Below are positions 29,543 to 39,094 of a DNA stretch of 64,000 nucleotides, piece by piece. The stretch covers positions 608,001 through 672,000 of the forward strand of contig CBDEFM010000002.1 of assembly GCA_965237415.1 (NCBI GenBank), given 5' to 3'. Each line of letters begins with the position of its first letter. Within the stretch, counting starts at the first letter, position 1. The DNA is from Alphaproteobacteria bacterium. GTDB lineage: Bacteria; Pseudomonadota; Alphaproteobacteria; UBA828. Below the pieces are notes generated by a model. That model worked only from the letters and a program-made list of their open reading frames with translations, ran no database searches and was not told the DNA's origin. Made by a program: the position numbers and the translations under genes.

Positions 29543-30868
29543 CTATGACGACGCGGCGGTTGCCAGACGGTAGGCATCCAGGAAGTTGAACCACTCGAAG
29601 TGCTGCTTCGCCCGGTCGAGCAGCGCCTGCTTCTCGGCGTCGAGGGACATACCTTCGAGATCCGCGATCGTCGCCGCCGACTTCGCTTGGTAGTCCTTCA
29701 TCTGGTTCCAGATCGCCGCCCCCCAAATGAACTCTTCGGTCGTGACCGCATCCTTGGGCAGCAGACCCTTCTCCGCCCAGTCCGCGATGATCGCCGGCCA
29801 GGCGTTCTTGTAGTAGAGCAGGCTCGCCTCGTCGACGTAGTACTTCTCGTTATACTCGAACGATGAGTAGGGATGCAGGATGGCGACCGTCTCCTCGACT
29901 CCCTTGGCATCCAGATCGGTTCCCGCGACGCTGTTCAGATAGGGCGCCTGCAGCTCGTAGAGCGAGGAATCCTCGTCAACCGCAGCGAGCGTGCGCCACG
30001 CCACGGAGAGGAAGCGGAGGATCGTGTTCTGGTTCTCGTTGATATAGTCGGAGTTCGAGGCGATGCCGACGATGGTCACCAGCTTCTGCATCGGCGAATC
30101 CAGGCCGCCGGGCCCGTGGTTGTAGAGATCGCCGACATCGATGAGGTTGGTCCATCCCGCCTTCATCAGGGTGTAGACGATCGGCGCGCCTTCGGGATTG
30201 ACGAAGTCGATGCGGCCGGCCTTGGCAAGCACGAGCGACTTGGCATCGTCCATCAGGTCGAGGTCCCACGTCACGCCCGAGAACGCCGACACGGCCTCCT
30301 CGAACGGCCGCTTGCTCAGCACCGGCGATCCGACCAGGGTCTTGCCGTCCATCGGTGCCAACGCGGCCGTGATGGCATCCTCGAAGCTCAAGCCCTCGGC
30401 GATGTAGTCCTTGAAGCTCTTCAGCCCGAGTTCCGGGTTGGCCAGCAAGGCAGTGCCCAGGAAGTTGTCGGTAAACGCGATGCACTTGAGCTTGTTCGAG
30501 CTCTTGTAGGTCGGAAGCATCAACGGGCAGTACTGGCTCGATATGTCGAGCTGGCCGTTGAGAAGCAGCGCGGTGACATTGGTGTCGGTGACCTTCAGAC
30601 CGAGCTCGCCCGGTCCGATCTTGATGCCGGCATCCTCGAACCAGCCCTTCTTCATGGCGATGACGTAGAAGGTGTTGTCGGCATAGGGGCGCATGCCGAA
30701 GTTGACCTCCGCCACGGGAATGTCGGTTCCGGGCTCGGGCGGGGCCGGCGTGTAGACGTCGGCGGCAGACGCGGATGGCGACCCGGTCGTGAGTAATAGC
30801 GCCAGTGCGCCGGCGAACGCCGCGGCAATGCCTGCGGGCCGCTTCGCGAGTGTGAATTGTTGGATCAT
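29543..30868 (-). CDS. ABC transporter substrate-binding protein
   Basis: Signal peptide, KKGWFEDAGI, LLNGQLD; first gene of the ABC operon. Confidence 0.78.
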   Translation of the reverse strand: MIQQFTLAKRPAGIAAAFAGALALLLTTGSPSASAADVYTPAPPEPGTDIPVAEVNFGMRPYADNTFYVIAMKKGWFEDAGIKIGPGELGLKVTDTNVTALLLNGQLDISSQYCPLMLPTYKSSNKLKCIAFTDNFLGTALLANPELGLKSFKDYIAEGLSFEDAITAALAPMDGKTLVGSPVLSKRPFEEAVSAFSGVTWDLDLMDDAKSLVLAKAGRIDFVNPEGAPIVYTLMKAGWTNLIDVGDLYNHGPGGLDSPMQKLVTIVGIASNSDYINENQNTILRFLSVAWRTLAAVDEDSSLYELQAPYLNSVAGTDLDAKGVEETVAILHPYSSFEYNEKYYVDEASLLYYKNAWPAIIADWAEKGLLPKDAVTTEEFIWGAAIWNQMKDYQAKSAATIADLEGMSLDAEKQALLDRAKQHFEWFNFLDAYRLATAASS

Positions 30869-31035
30869 TTCTCGACCTCCCTCATGTGACCAGTCGATGG
30901 CTGCCGGTACGGGTCGGGTGTTGACGGACCGCTGCGCGACAAGACATCGAAAATTGTTCTTCTTTTTGGTGGCTGCCGTCCGACCGGCGATGCATATGAA
31001 TCATGTTTGGCCCGCGAGTTGGTGTCAAGTGGAGT

Positions 31036-31103
31036 GGTCTCCTGCCCGCTTCCAACGCCGTCAGAATAACAACGACGGCGATCAGACGAGATGCAAGGCG
31101 GGG
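31036..31103 (-). repeat. 68-bp structured repeat, copy 2 (inverted relative to copy 1)
   Basis: Reverse complement is 59/68 identical to 23487-23554. Confidence 0.9.
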
Positions 31104-31123
31104 TTGTCGGCTGGTGGTCGGGC

Positions 31124-31681
31124 TCAGCCGTTGAAGGGCACGTGGGCGACGCTCTCCTCAACCTCGACGCCGAGCACGGCGCAGAAGCTGCCGAGCAGCT
31201 GGTAGTAGCCGACCATCACCACGAGATCGACGAGGCCCGCGTTGCCCAGCGACTCGCGTAACCCAGCCACCAGCGAATCGTCCACATCCGCACCGCTCGC
31301 CAGCAGGCGGCAGAGGCGGAGCGCCGGTCCCACCGGCGCCGGCTCGCCCTCGGCCGCAAGCGTCCCGACGATTCCGCGCAGCCGCTCCGGCACCTTGTGG
31401 ATATGGTGGTCCCATTCGTAGATGTTGCCCACCGCCTGGGCGACGGTGCAGATCACCATCTCGCGCAGGTCGTTATCGAGCGCCGAGTGCCAGCGGACGT
31501 GCTCGCCCACGGCCGCGACGGCCCCGAGCGCCTCGGGGCTCTGCCCCATGACCGCGAACATGTTGGGCATGAAGTCGAGCTTGCGGGTCTCGACCACGTG
31601 GTCCCAGATCGCCGCCTGCGCGGCTGAGAAATCGCCGCGCGCCGCCCGCGGCAGGCGTTGGGTCTCGGCATAACTCGTCAT
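31124..31681 (-). CDS. Carboxymuconolactone decarboxylase / AhpD-like protein
   Basis: RLP, LREMVI, YEWDHH, LVVMVGYY. Confidence 0.8.
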   Translation of the reverse strand: MTSYAETQRLPRAARGDFSAAQAAIWDHVVETRKLDFMPNMFAVMGQSPEALGAVAAVGEHVRWHSALDNDLREMVICTVAQAVGNIYEWDHHIHKVPERLRGIVGTLAAEGEPAPVGPALRLCRLLASGADVDDSLVAGLRESLGNAGLVDLVVMVGYYQLLGSFCAVLGVEVEESVAHVPFNG

Positions 31682-31707
31682 AAATCCATCCTTTTCGGTG
31701 CGGCGGC

Positions 31708-32724
31708 TCAGTCCGCGAACGCCTCGATCATCGCCTCGTGGTTGGCGAGAGATTCCGCGCGGTCGATGAAGGGCATCGGGCAGTAGAGCAGCACGGTCTC
31801 GAACAGCCCCTCGAAGCGGTCGAGCTGGCCGCGTACGTCGTCCGGCGTGCCGGCCAGCACCAGGGCATCCACCATGTCGTCGGTCACCAGATCGGTCATG
31901 GCGGCGAGGTCGGCGCGTGCCCAGGCATCGCGGATCGCGAGCTTCTCGCGGGTGAAGCCGGCAGGGTCGAGCACCTGGTCGAAATAGGGGAGGCACGAAT
32001 AGAACGCGATCGGCCCCCGCGCACGACGCCTGGCTCTGGCGCGGTCGCGGTCCACGGAGCAGACCTTGAGCGAGCAGAGCTCGATATCGGCGCGCGCCCG
32101 GCCGGCCTTGCTGAGCCCCTTGTCGATGTTCGGGAGCACGATGTCGGTGAAGTAGCGCGGCGTGTTGAGGAGGTTCGCGAGCAGGCCGTCGGCGATCTCG
32201 CCGCTCAGCTGCAGCATCGCCGGCTGCACGGCGGCGAGGTAGATCGGCGGGGGCGCGCAGGGCGGCGCGAGGACGCGGCGGTAGTCGCGGATCGTGATGA
32301 TCTCGCCCTCGTACTCGACGGGCGACTCGGGGCTCGCGGTCCACATCAGGCGGATCGCCTCGACATACTCCCGCATGCGCCGCACCGGCCGGCGGTAAGG
32401 GAGGCCGTGCCAGTTCTCGTTCCACGCCGGCGGCGCGGTGCCGAGGCCCAGCACGAATCGTCCGTCGGTGAGCTCCGCCATGGACATGGCGCTGATCTCT
32501 GTGAGCGCCGGCGGCCGGGCGAAGATGGCGACACCGGTGCCGAGCCGGGCGCGCTTGCACACGGCCGCCATGCCGGCGAGCGGCACGAAGGCATCCCGGC
32601 CGAGCTCCGTGGTCCAGAGGCTCTCCGCGCCCGCATCTTCGGCCTTGGCCGCGAAGTCGATGGTCTCTTGCAGCGTCAGGTTGTCGCCGCTGAAGAGAAC
32701 GCCCCATTTCCACTTGCGGCTCAT
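31708..32724 (-). CDS. LLM class oxidoreductase (F420-dependent Mer-like subgroup)
   Basis: AEDAG.ESLW, RLGTG, GRFVLGLG, PIYLAA, GEIADG, LAGTPDD. Confidence 0.85.
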   Translation of the reverse strand: MSRKWKWGVLFSGDNLTLQETIDFAAKAEDAGAESLWTTELGRDAFVPLAGMAAVCKRARLGTGVAIFARPPALTEISAMSMAELTDGRFVLGLGTAPPAWNENWHGLPYRRPVRRMREYVEAIRLMWTASPESPVEYEGEIITIRDYRRVLAPPCAPPPIYLAAVQPAMLQLSGEIADGLLANLLNTPRYFTDIVLPNIDKGLSKAGRARADIELCSLKVCSVDRDRARARRRARGPIAFYSCLPYFDQVLDPAGFTREKLAIRDAWARADLAAMTDLVTDDMVDALVLAGTPDDVRGQLDRFEGLFETVLLYCPMPFIDRAESLANHEAMIEAFAD

Positions 32725-32739
32725 CGGCTATTCCTCCGG

Positions 32740-34482
32740 TCAGCGCAGCCGGGCGCGGAGCGCGGCGGTGGCGGCCTCGTCCACGGCACCGTCGGTGGCG
32801 ATGACGACGCCATAGTCGCTGCACGCCCGCTCCGCCGAGAGATAGTCATCGGCGACATCGGCAGCGACGTCGTCCGTCGGCCGGGTGAGGGGATCGCCGA
32901 AGCCGCCGCCGCCGCCGGTCACCACGGCGACGCGGTCGCCCTCCGCGAGCGCCTGGTAGGGGATGCGCGCCACCCGCTTGACGCTGCCGCCCGACTCGAT
33001 CCGCATGTAGTTGTTGGAGCCCTCGCCGCCGCCCTCCAGGCCCCAGGGGCGCTCGATGGAGCGGCCGATGCTGCAATAGGTGTGGGCGTCTGGGCCCGCG
33101 ATCTCGAATTCGCGGACCACGCCGAAGCCGCCCCGGTGGCGGCCCGCGCCGGCGCCGTCCTCCACATTGAGGGCGTAGCGGCGGATGGCGAGGGGGAACT
33201 TCGCCTCGAACAGCTCGACCGAGTAGTTGTAGGTGTCGCCGTCGGTGGTCGCGATGAGCGCGCTGGTGCCGTCGCATGATGCAGTGGCGCCCCAGCCGCC
33301 GATGGCGGGCTCGATATGGACGTAGACCTCGCCGCTCTCCGGATCGCGGCCATAGAAATAGGTGCCGGCGAGGCTCATATAGGAGCCCGCGCTGAAGCGC
33401 TCGGGCGCGACGTGGGCCAGGGCCTTCCAGGCGAGCTCGGAGGCGTGGGCAGAGCCCTCGTAGTACCAGCCGGTGGGGGCCGGCTTTTGGGCCGTGAACA
33501 CGGTGCCCGGCGGGCAGACCAGGCTAACCGGGCGGAACCAGCCTTCGTTCGACGGCGCCTGCGGGTCCACCAGAGATTTGAAGACGGTCTTGACTGCCGA
33601 ATCGAGGGCGCCGAAGGCGCAGTTGATCGGCCCCTTGACCATGGGGCTGGTGCCGGTGAAGTCGAAGGTGACCGTGTCGCCGCGGATGCGCACGACGACC
33701 GCGACGCGGAAGCGCTCTTCGGAGATGCCGTCGCCGTCGATCCAGTCCTCCGCCTCGTAGTCGCCGTCGGGAAGTGCTGCCACCGCGGCCCGGCTCAGGC
33801 GCTCGCTGGCCTCCAGGATGTGGCCGAAGGTGCCCTTCACCGAGGCTTCGCCGTAGCGGGCGATGATCTCGCGGAGCCGCGTCTCGGCGATGCGCACGGC
33901 CGCGAGGCCTGCGTTTAAGTCGCCGAGGGATTGCACAGGCAGGCGCACGTTCTCGCGGATCAGCGCGATCACGTCGTCGATGGTCTCGTCGTCCCGGCAG
34001 ACGCGGATGCCGGGGAAGCGCACGCCCTCCTGATAGATTTCGGTCGCGGTCGGCGAGATGCTGCCCGGCACCGCGCCGCCCACCTCGCTCCAATGCGCGA
34101 CCGAGATGGCGAAGGCGAAGAGGCTGCCCTCCACGAAAATTGGCTTGATGAGCGCGATGTCGCAGCTGTGGGTGCCGCCCTCGAAGGGATCGTTGGTCAT
34201 GAAGACGTCGCCCGGCCGCATGGTCTCGCCGTGCCGGCGCACGATGGAGCGCACCTGCGGTGCGAAGGTGCCGGTGAAGAGCGTAATGCCGTTGGTCTGC
34301 ACGATGAGCTCGCCGCCGGCATCGCAGAGGCCGCAGGCGAAGTCGAGGACCTCGTAGATCACGGGGCTCATCGAGGTCTTGGCGATGACGATCCCCATCT
34401 CGTCGGCAAGCGCCAAGAGCTTGCCGCGGATGATCTCGCGGGTGACGGGGTCGGCGCCGGTCTTTGTCTCGATAGCAGCCAT
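32740..34482 (-). CDS. Hydantoinase B/oxoprolinase family protein (no adjacent A subunit)
   Basis: DPVTREII, SPVIYE, PGDVFMTNDPF.GGTH, EIYQEG, GGGGFGDP. Confidence 0.9.
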   Translation of the reverse strand: MAAIETKTGADPVTREIIRGKLLALADEMGIVIAKTSMSPVIYEVLDFACGLCDAGGELIVQTNGITLFTGTFAPQVRSIVRRHGETMRPGDVFMTNDPFEGGTHSCDIALIKPIFVEGSLFAFAISVAHWSEVGGAVPGSISPTATEIYQEGVRFPGIRVCRDDETIDDVIALIRENVRLPVQSLGDLNAGLAAVRIAETRLREIIARYGEASVKGTFGHILEASERLSRAAVAALPDGDYEAEDWIDGDGISEERFRVAVVVRIRGDTVTFDFTGTSPMVKGPINCAFGALDSAVKTVFKSLVDPQAPSNEGWFRPVSLVCPPGTVFTAQKPAPTGWYYEGSAHASELAWKALAHVAPERFSAGSYMSLAGTYFYGRDPESGEVYVHIEPAIGGWGATASCDGTSALIATTDGDTYNYSVELFEAKFPLAIRRYALNVEDGAGAGRHRGGFGVVREFEIAGPDAHTYCSIGRSIERPWGLEGGGEGSNNYMRIESGGSVKRVARIPYQALAEGDRVAVVTGGGGGFGDPLTRPTDDVAADVADDYLSAERACSDYGVVIATDGAVDEAATAALRARLR

Positions 34483-34523
34483 TGAGCCTCCTGGCGCGCG
34501 ATTGTTCCCGAGGCTTCGGCGCT

Positions 34524-34580
34524 GCGCAAGCGGGCGGGTCCGTTCGCGCCACGCGTGAAGACCCCGCACCATGGTGCGGT
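34524..34580. repeat. Degenerate partial copy of the dispersed repeat, with 16-bp palindrome CCGCACCATGGTGCGG
   Basis: GCGCAAGCG...CCGCACCATGGT shared with the 59621 and 42685 copies. Confidence 0.45.
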
Positions 34581-34642
34581 TACCGGCCGCGTCGCCGCGG
34601 ACGATGATGCTCCGTTTTCGTTCGAACGCGGAGGGAGCCGTC

Positions 34643-35497
34643 ATGGCGACGCAAAGACAGACCGAGGCCAACCGTCAGAATTGCCGCTTGAGCACAGGAC
34701 CGAGGACCGAAGCCGGCAAGGCCGCGTCATCGGCCAACGCGCTCAGCCACGGCCTTACAGCCGCCAGCACCGTGGTGCTGCCGGAGGAGGACGCCGACGC
34801 GTTCGAGCGGCTCAGGCAGGGCGTGATCGCCGACCTCGACCCGGCGGGCGTGCTGCAGGAGGCGCTGGCGCAGCGCGTCGCCGTGCTGCTTTGGCGCCTC
34901 GATCGCGCCGCCCGGCTCGAAGCCGAGCTCTTCGTCCACGGCCAGCTCGCCATGCTGCGCAGCAGGGCGGACCAGGCGTTGGATCCCGGCGCCCGCCTGC
35001 GCCGCCTCGCCGAGCTGCCGGGAGAATCGACGGAGGCACGGGAAAAGCTCAAGCAGTTCAGAGACCAAATCGACGTGGACATGTGTGCTCAGGCGCCCTT
35101 CGCCCAGATACTGGTAGAGCGGCCTGAGAGCGCGCGCACCTACGACCAGCTTGCGCGCCACGAGGCGACGCTGCAGCGGTCGCTGAACCGGACGCTCGAT
35201 GAGTTCCGCCGCCTGCGCGACGCGGCGGGCGCGGCACCCAAGTCGAACACGCCGGCGCCTCCCGAGCCCGACCCGGCTCCAGTCGCAACAGCCGATTCCG
35301 ACCCGGCGCCGTCCTGCGGCGCACGCCCGCCTGCAACTCAGGGCCCGCGCACGTCCGCCGCCGGGGCCCATGCCGGGGCCGGGCGCGACGGCGAAAAAGC
35401 GTTTTTGCAAAACGAAGCCAATTCCGAACAAACTTTTGAAGAGACGGACGATTCAGACGCCGGAACGGATCCGCCGGTGGCTCCGCCCGTCCCCTGA
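34643..35497 (+). CDS. Orphan hypothetical protein of the ANRxN..STGPRT..GK..S..NA..HG type
   Basis: GGAG RBS; conserved-looking N-terminus, helical middle, Pro/Ala-rich tail containing FLQNEAN. Confidence 0.75.
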   Translation: MATQRQTEANRQNCRLSTGPRTEAGKAASSANALSHGLTAASTVVLPEEDADAFERLRQGVIADLDPAGVLQEALAQRVAVLLWRLDRAARLEAELFVHGQLAMLRSRADQALDPGARLRRLAELPGESTEAREKLKQFRDQIDVDMCAQAPFAQILVERPESARTYDQLARHEATLQRSLNRTLDEFRRLRDAAGAAPKSNTPAPPEPDPAPVATADSDPAPSCGARPPATQGPRTSAAGAHAGAGRDGEKAFLQNEANSEQTFEETDDSDAGTDPPVAPPVP

Positions 35498-35606
35498 CGC
35501 GCCGTTCTCCGGCCCCGACCCTGCCGAGCGGCGCTTGCGGCGGGTCCTGCGGCGACATAGCTTCGGCGCGGCGGCATCGCAGCCGGCGGCATAAGGGGGG
35601 AAAGCG

Positions 35607-36761
35607 ATGGCCAAGATCGTCGAGGTTCGCGCGAGCGCTCATTCGTGTCCGTTCCAGACCAACCACGTGCGCTTGGGCCTCGGCACCAACACCAAGCGCG
35701 ATATCGTGCTTGTGCGGATCACGGACGAGAGCGGCGCGGTCGGCCTCGGCGAGGCGCATCACGGCCAGAACCCCACGGCGATGGCCACGGTCATCCAGGA
35801 CGGGCTCGGCTCGCTCATCATCGGCGCCGACCCGCTCGACAGCGAGGGCATCTGGCATCGGCTGGAGCGCCAGCAGATCGTCACCCACGGGCTGGGCGCG
35901 GGCAGCATCACGGCGCTCGCCGGCATCGACAACGCGCTCTGGGACCTCAAGGGCAAGCTGTTGGACCTGCCCATTTATCGGCTGCTGGGCGGGTCGAAGA
36001 AGCGCATCCGCGCCTATGCCGGCGGGTTAAGTCTAGGCTTCAAACCCCCGGAAGAGCTTGAGAAAGAAGTCGCTGACCTGGTCGCCGACGGCTACACGGC
36101 GATCAAGATGCGCGTCGGCGATCACCCGGCGCGGGACGCGATGCGCGTCGGCCACATCCGCAAGACCTTCGGCGACGATCTCGACATCGCGGTCGATGCC
36201 GCGACCCGCTACGACCTGCTCGATATCCCGGACGTGCTGCGCTACTGCGAGGATAACCGGGTGTACTGGCTGGAGGAGCCGTTCACGCCGGACAACATCC
36301 CGGCCTACGCCGAGCTTCGCACGCGCACCGCGATCCCCATCGCCGCCGGCGAGAACCACTATGCGAGGCCGGCTTTCCGCGCGCTCTTCGAGGCGCGGGC
36401 GATCTCCATCTGCCAGGCCGATTTCTGCAAGTCGGGCGGCCTCAGCGAGCTCAAGAAGATTTCGGACATGGCCGCCGCCTGGCACATCCCGATGGCGCCG
36501 CACACAAGTCACAGCATCCTGAGCGCCGCCGGCAACGCGCATCTTCTCTCGGCAATTCCGAACGGGCTCATCTACGAGGCCGATGTGGCCGCGGTGAACC
36601 CCTTCCGCACCGACCTCGCCAAGGGTTATACCGGGGTCGTGGACGGCCATATCGAGCCGCCCGACGGACCCGGCCTCGGGATCGAGATCGACGAGGCGGT
36701 GCTGGAGCGCTATCCGGCAATCCCGGGGCCTTGCTACATTCCAGGCTGGGCCGGGGGATAA
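35607..36761 (+). CDS. Mandelate racemase / muconate lactonizing enzyme family protein
   Basis: GIDNALWDLKGK, KMR, VDA, WLEEP, AGEN, PH. Confidence 0.9.
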   Translation: MAKIVEVRASAHSCPFQTNHVRLGLGTNTKRDIVLVRITDESGAVGLGEAHHGQNPTAMATVIQDGLGSLIIGADPLDSEGIWHRLERQQIVTHGLGAGSITALAGIDNALWDLKGKLLDLPIYRLLGGSKKRIRAYAGGLSLGFKPPEELEKEVADLVADGYTAIKMRVGDHPARDAMRVGHIRKTFGDDLDIAVDAATRYDLLDIPDVLRYCEDNRVYWLEEPFTPDNIPAYAELRTRTAIPIAAGENHYARPAFRALFEARAISICQADFCKSGGLSELKKISDMAAAWHIPMAPHTSHSILSAAGNAHLLSAIPNGLIYEADVAAVNPFRTDLAKGYTGVVDGHIEPPDGPGLGIEIDEAVLERYPAIPGPCYIPGWAGG

Positions 36762-36793
36762 GAGAGGGTACGCCGACGCGAGGGGAGGGGGTT

Positions 36794-37663
36794 ATGACAC
36801 CAGAGATCACGCCGGCCGACGCCACCCTCGGCGCGGTAGTCGGCAACGTCCGGCTGAACGCGCTCGACGACGATGCCTTCGCGGCCATCGAGGCGGCGTG
36901 GCACGCCCACGCCGTCCTGATCTTCCCCGGCCAGCACCTCTCGGACGACGAGCAGGTCGCGTTCAGCCGCCGCTTCGGCCCGTTGGAGCGCAGCCTCACC
37001 AAGACCCACACCCAAGGCGACCCGGCGATCATCCACCTCTCCAACGTCAAGAAGGACGGCACGCTCTGGGGGACCGACAGCGATACGGGGAGGCTGCTCA
37101 AGGGCAACAACTACTGGCATACCGACAGCTCCTATAAGCGCATCCCCGCCAAGGCCTCGCTGCTGGCGGCCAAGATCGTGCCCAAGACCGGGGGCGAGAC
37201 CGTCTTCGCCGACATGCGGGCGGCCTACGACTCCCTCGAGCCCGCGATGCGGGACTGGCTCGCCGACAAGATTGCCGTGCACAGCTACGCGTACAGCCAG
37301 GGCAAGGTCGGCGGCAGGGGCGGCATCACCCAGGACGAGTGGGACGCGCTGCCGCCGGTGGAGCAGCCCGTGATCCGCACCCATCCGGCGACGGGACGCC
37401 GCAACCTCTATATCGGCCGCCATGCAAGCCACATCGTGGGCGAGGACACCGACGAGAGCCGCGGCCTGCTGGAGCGGCTCTGCGCCGAAGCCTGCCGGCC
37501 GCCCCGCATCTGCATCCACAAATGGCAAGCGGGCGATTTGGCGATCTGGGACAATCGCTGCGTCCTGCACCGCGGCCTGGGCCATCCCCCGGATCAGCCG
37601 CGCCGCATGGTTCGAACTACAGTGGCCGGCGACAGCGACGACGCCAACGAATGGGTCGACTGA
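36794..37663 (+). CDS. TauD/TfdA family 2-oxoglutarate-dependent dioxygenase
   Basis: WHTDSSY, GGETVFAD, HKWQAGDLAIWDNRCVLHR. Confidence 0.92.
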   Translation: MTPEITPADATLGAVVGNVRLNALDDDAFAAIEAAWHAHAVLIFPGQHLSDDEQVAFSRRFGPLERSLTKTHTQGDPAIIHLSNVKKDGTLWGTDSDTGRLLKGNNYWHTDSSYKRIPAKASLLAAKIVPKTGGETVFADMRAAYDSLEPAMRDWLADKIAVHSYAYSQGKVGGRGGITQDEWDALPPVEQPVIRTHPATGRRNLYIGRHASHIVGEDTDESRGLLERLCAEACRPPRICIHKWQAGDLAIWDNRCVLHRGLGHPPDQPRRMVRTTVAGDSDDANEWVD

Positions 37664-37883
37664 GCCGTTGGGGCACGGGACGGCGACCGTTTGGCCAAGC
37701 TTGCTGTTTCATTGTTGAAAATCGTACGCCAGACGTTCGATAAGCAACAAAGCATCGCGCACAGCGAACTGACGGCCGCACGCTGCCAATTCGCCGTTAC
37801 CGAGGCGAGCGGTGGGGTGTGCTATCGTCCGGCACCGCCTGTATGGTGGCGCCGCGACGGCGGGACCGAGAAGGAGGATCGAG

Positions 37884-38279
37884 ATGGTGGAGTTGCCGGA
37901 TCTGGCCAGGAGGCTGCTCGACGGCAAGAACTTCGCGACAGTGGCCACCCTGATGGGCGACGGCCGGCCCCAGGCGTCGGTCGTCTGGATCCATACCGAT
38001 GGGCCGCATATCGTCTTCAACACGGCGGAAGGGCGGGTGAAGCCCCGCAACACGCGCCGCGACGCGCGGGTCGCGATCGCCGTGTTCGACCAGGAGAACC
38101 CCTATCAGCAGGCCATGATCCAGGGCCGCGTCGTCGCGATGGAGCATGAGGGCGCCGAGGAGCACATCGACGCGATGGCCAAGAAGTACATGGATCTCGA
38201 CAGCTATCCCTACCGCAAGGAGGGCGAGCAGCGCGTAATCGTCAAGATCGCGCCCGAAAAAGTCGCACTCATGGAATAG
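37884..38279 (+). CDS. PPOX class (Rv1155-like) putative F420-dependent oxidoreductase
   Basis: NFATVAT..DGRPQASVVW, K.RN.RRD.RVA, LAKKY-like MAKKY, RVIVKIAPE; AAGGAGG RBS. Confidence 0.82.
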   Translation: MVELPDLARRLLDGKNFATVATLMGDGRPQASVVWIHTDGPHIVFNTAEGRVKPRNTRRDARVAIAVFDQENPYQQAMIQGRVVAMEHEGAEEHIDAMAKKYMDLDSYPYRKEGEQRVIVKIAPEKVALME

Positions 38280-38313
38280 ACGCCGGCAACGGCAGAACGA
38301 GGGACGGCGAGCA

Positions 38314-39060
38314 ATGAGGCTAGAGGGAAAACGGGTACTGATCACGGGCGGGCTAGGCGGCATCGGCAGCAAGGTCGCCGAGCGCTTCGCCGCGGAAGGC
38401 GCGCAACTGGTGCTGGCCGACGAGGCCTCAGGCGAGAGCCCGGTCGCGGATGCGCGGTGCTACAAGGCCGACCTCAGCCGCGTCTCGGAATGCCGGCGCC
38501 TCGCCGCCGAGGTCGAGGCCGATCTCGGCCCGATCGACCTCTTGGTCAACTGCGTCGGTGTCTTCGAGCAGATGCCCTTCGACGAGACCACCGAGGAGAA
38601 TTGGGACCGCAACGTCGACATCAACCTGAAGGGCGTGTTCTTCCTGATTCAGGCGGTGGCACCGCAGATGCGCAAGCGCGGCGGCGGGCGCGTGGTCAAC
38701 ATCACCTCGATCGCCGCCAGCCAGGGCTTCGCCTCCGCGCAGGCCTATTGCGCGTCGAAGGGGGGGCTCCTCAACCTCACACAGGCGTTGGCCATGGCGC
38801 TCGCGCCCGACGGCATCAACGTCAATTCGGTGGGACCCGGCTTCACCCGCACGCAGATGACCGAGCACCAGTGGACCAACGACGCCTTCAACGCCGGCCT
38901 CGCCCGCATGCTGGCCACCCGCAAGGGCTACATGGAGCCCGACAACATCGCTGCGGCCGTGCTCTTCCTCTGCTCCGACGATGCCGCCCATATCCACGGC
39001 ACCAATCTGCGCGTGGACGACGGCTGGCTCTCCGGCATCTCAGGCGCCGCGTTCTCCTGA
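38314..39060 (+). CDS. Short-chain dehydrogenase/reductase
   Basis: TGGLGGIG, YCASK, VNSVGPG. Confidence 0.92.
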   Translation: MRLEGKRVLITGGLGGIGSKVAERFAAEGAQLVLADEASGESPVADARCYKADLSRVSECRRLAAEVEADLGPIDLLVNCVGVFEQMPFDETTEENWDRNVDINLKGVFFLIQAVAPQMRKRGGGRVVNITSIAASQGFASAQAYCASKGGLLNLTQALAMALAPDGINVNSVGPGFTRTQMTEHQWTNDAFNAGLARMLATRKGYMEPDNIAAAVLFLCSDDAAHIHGTNLRVDDGWLSGISGAAFS

Positions 39061-39094
39061 AGCCGCAGGCGGCCGGGACGACGGGGACGGCGCG

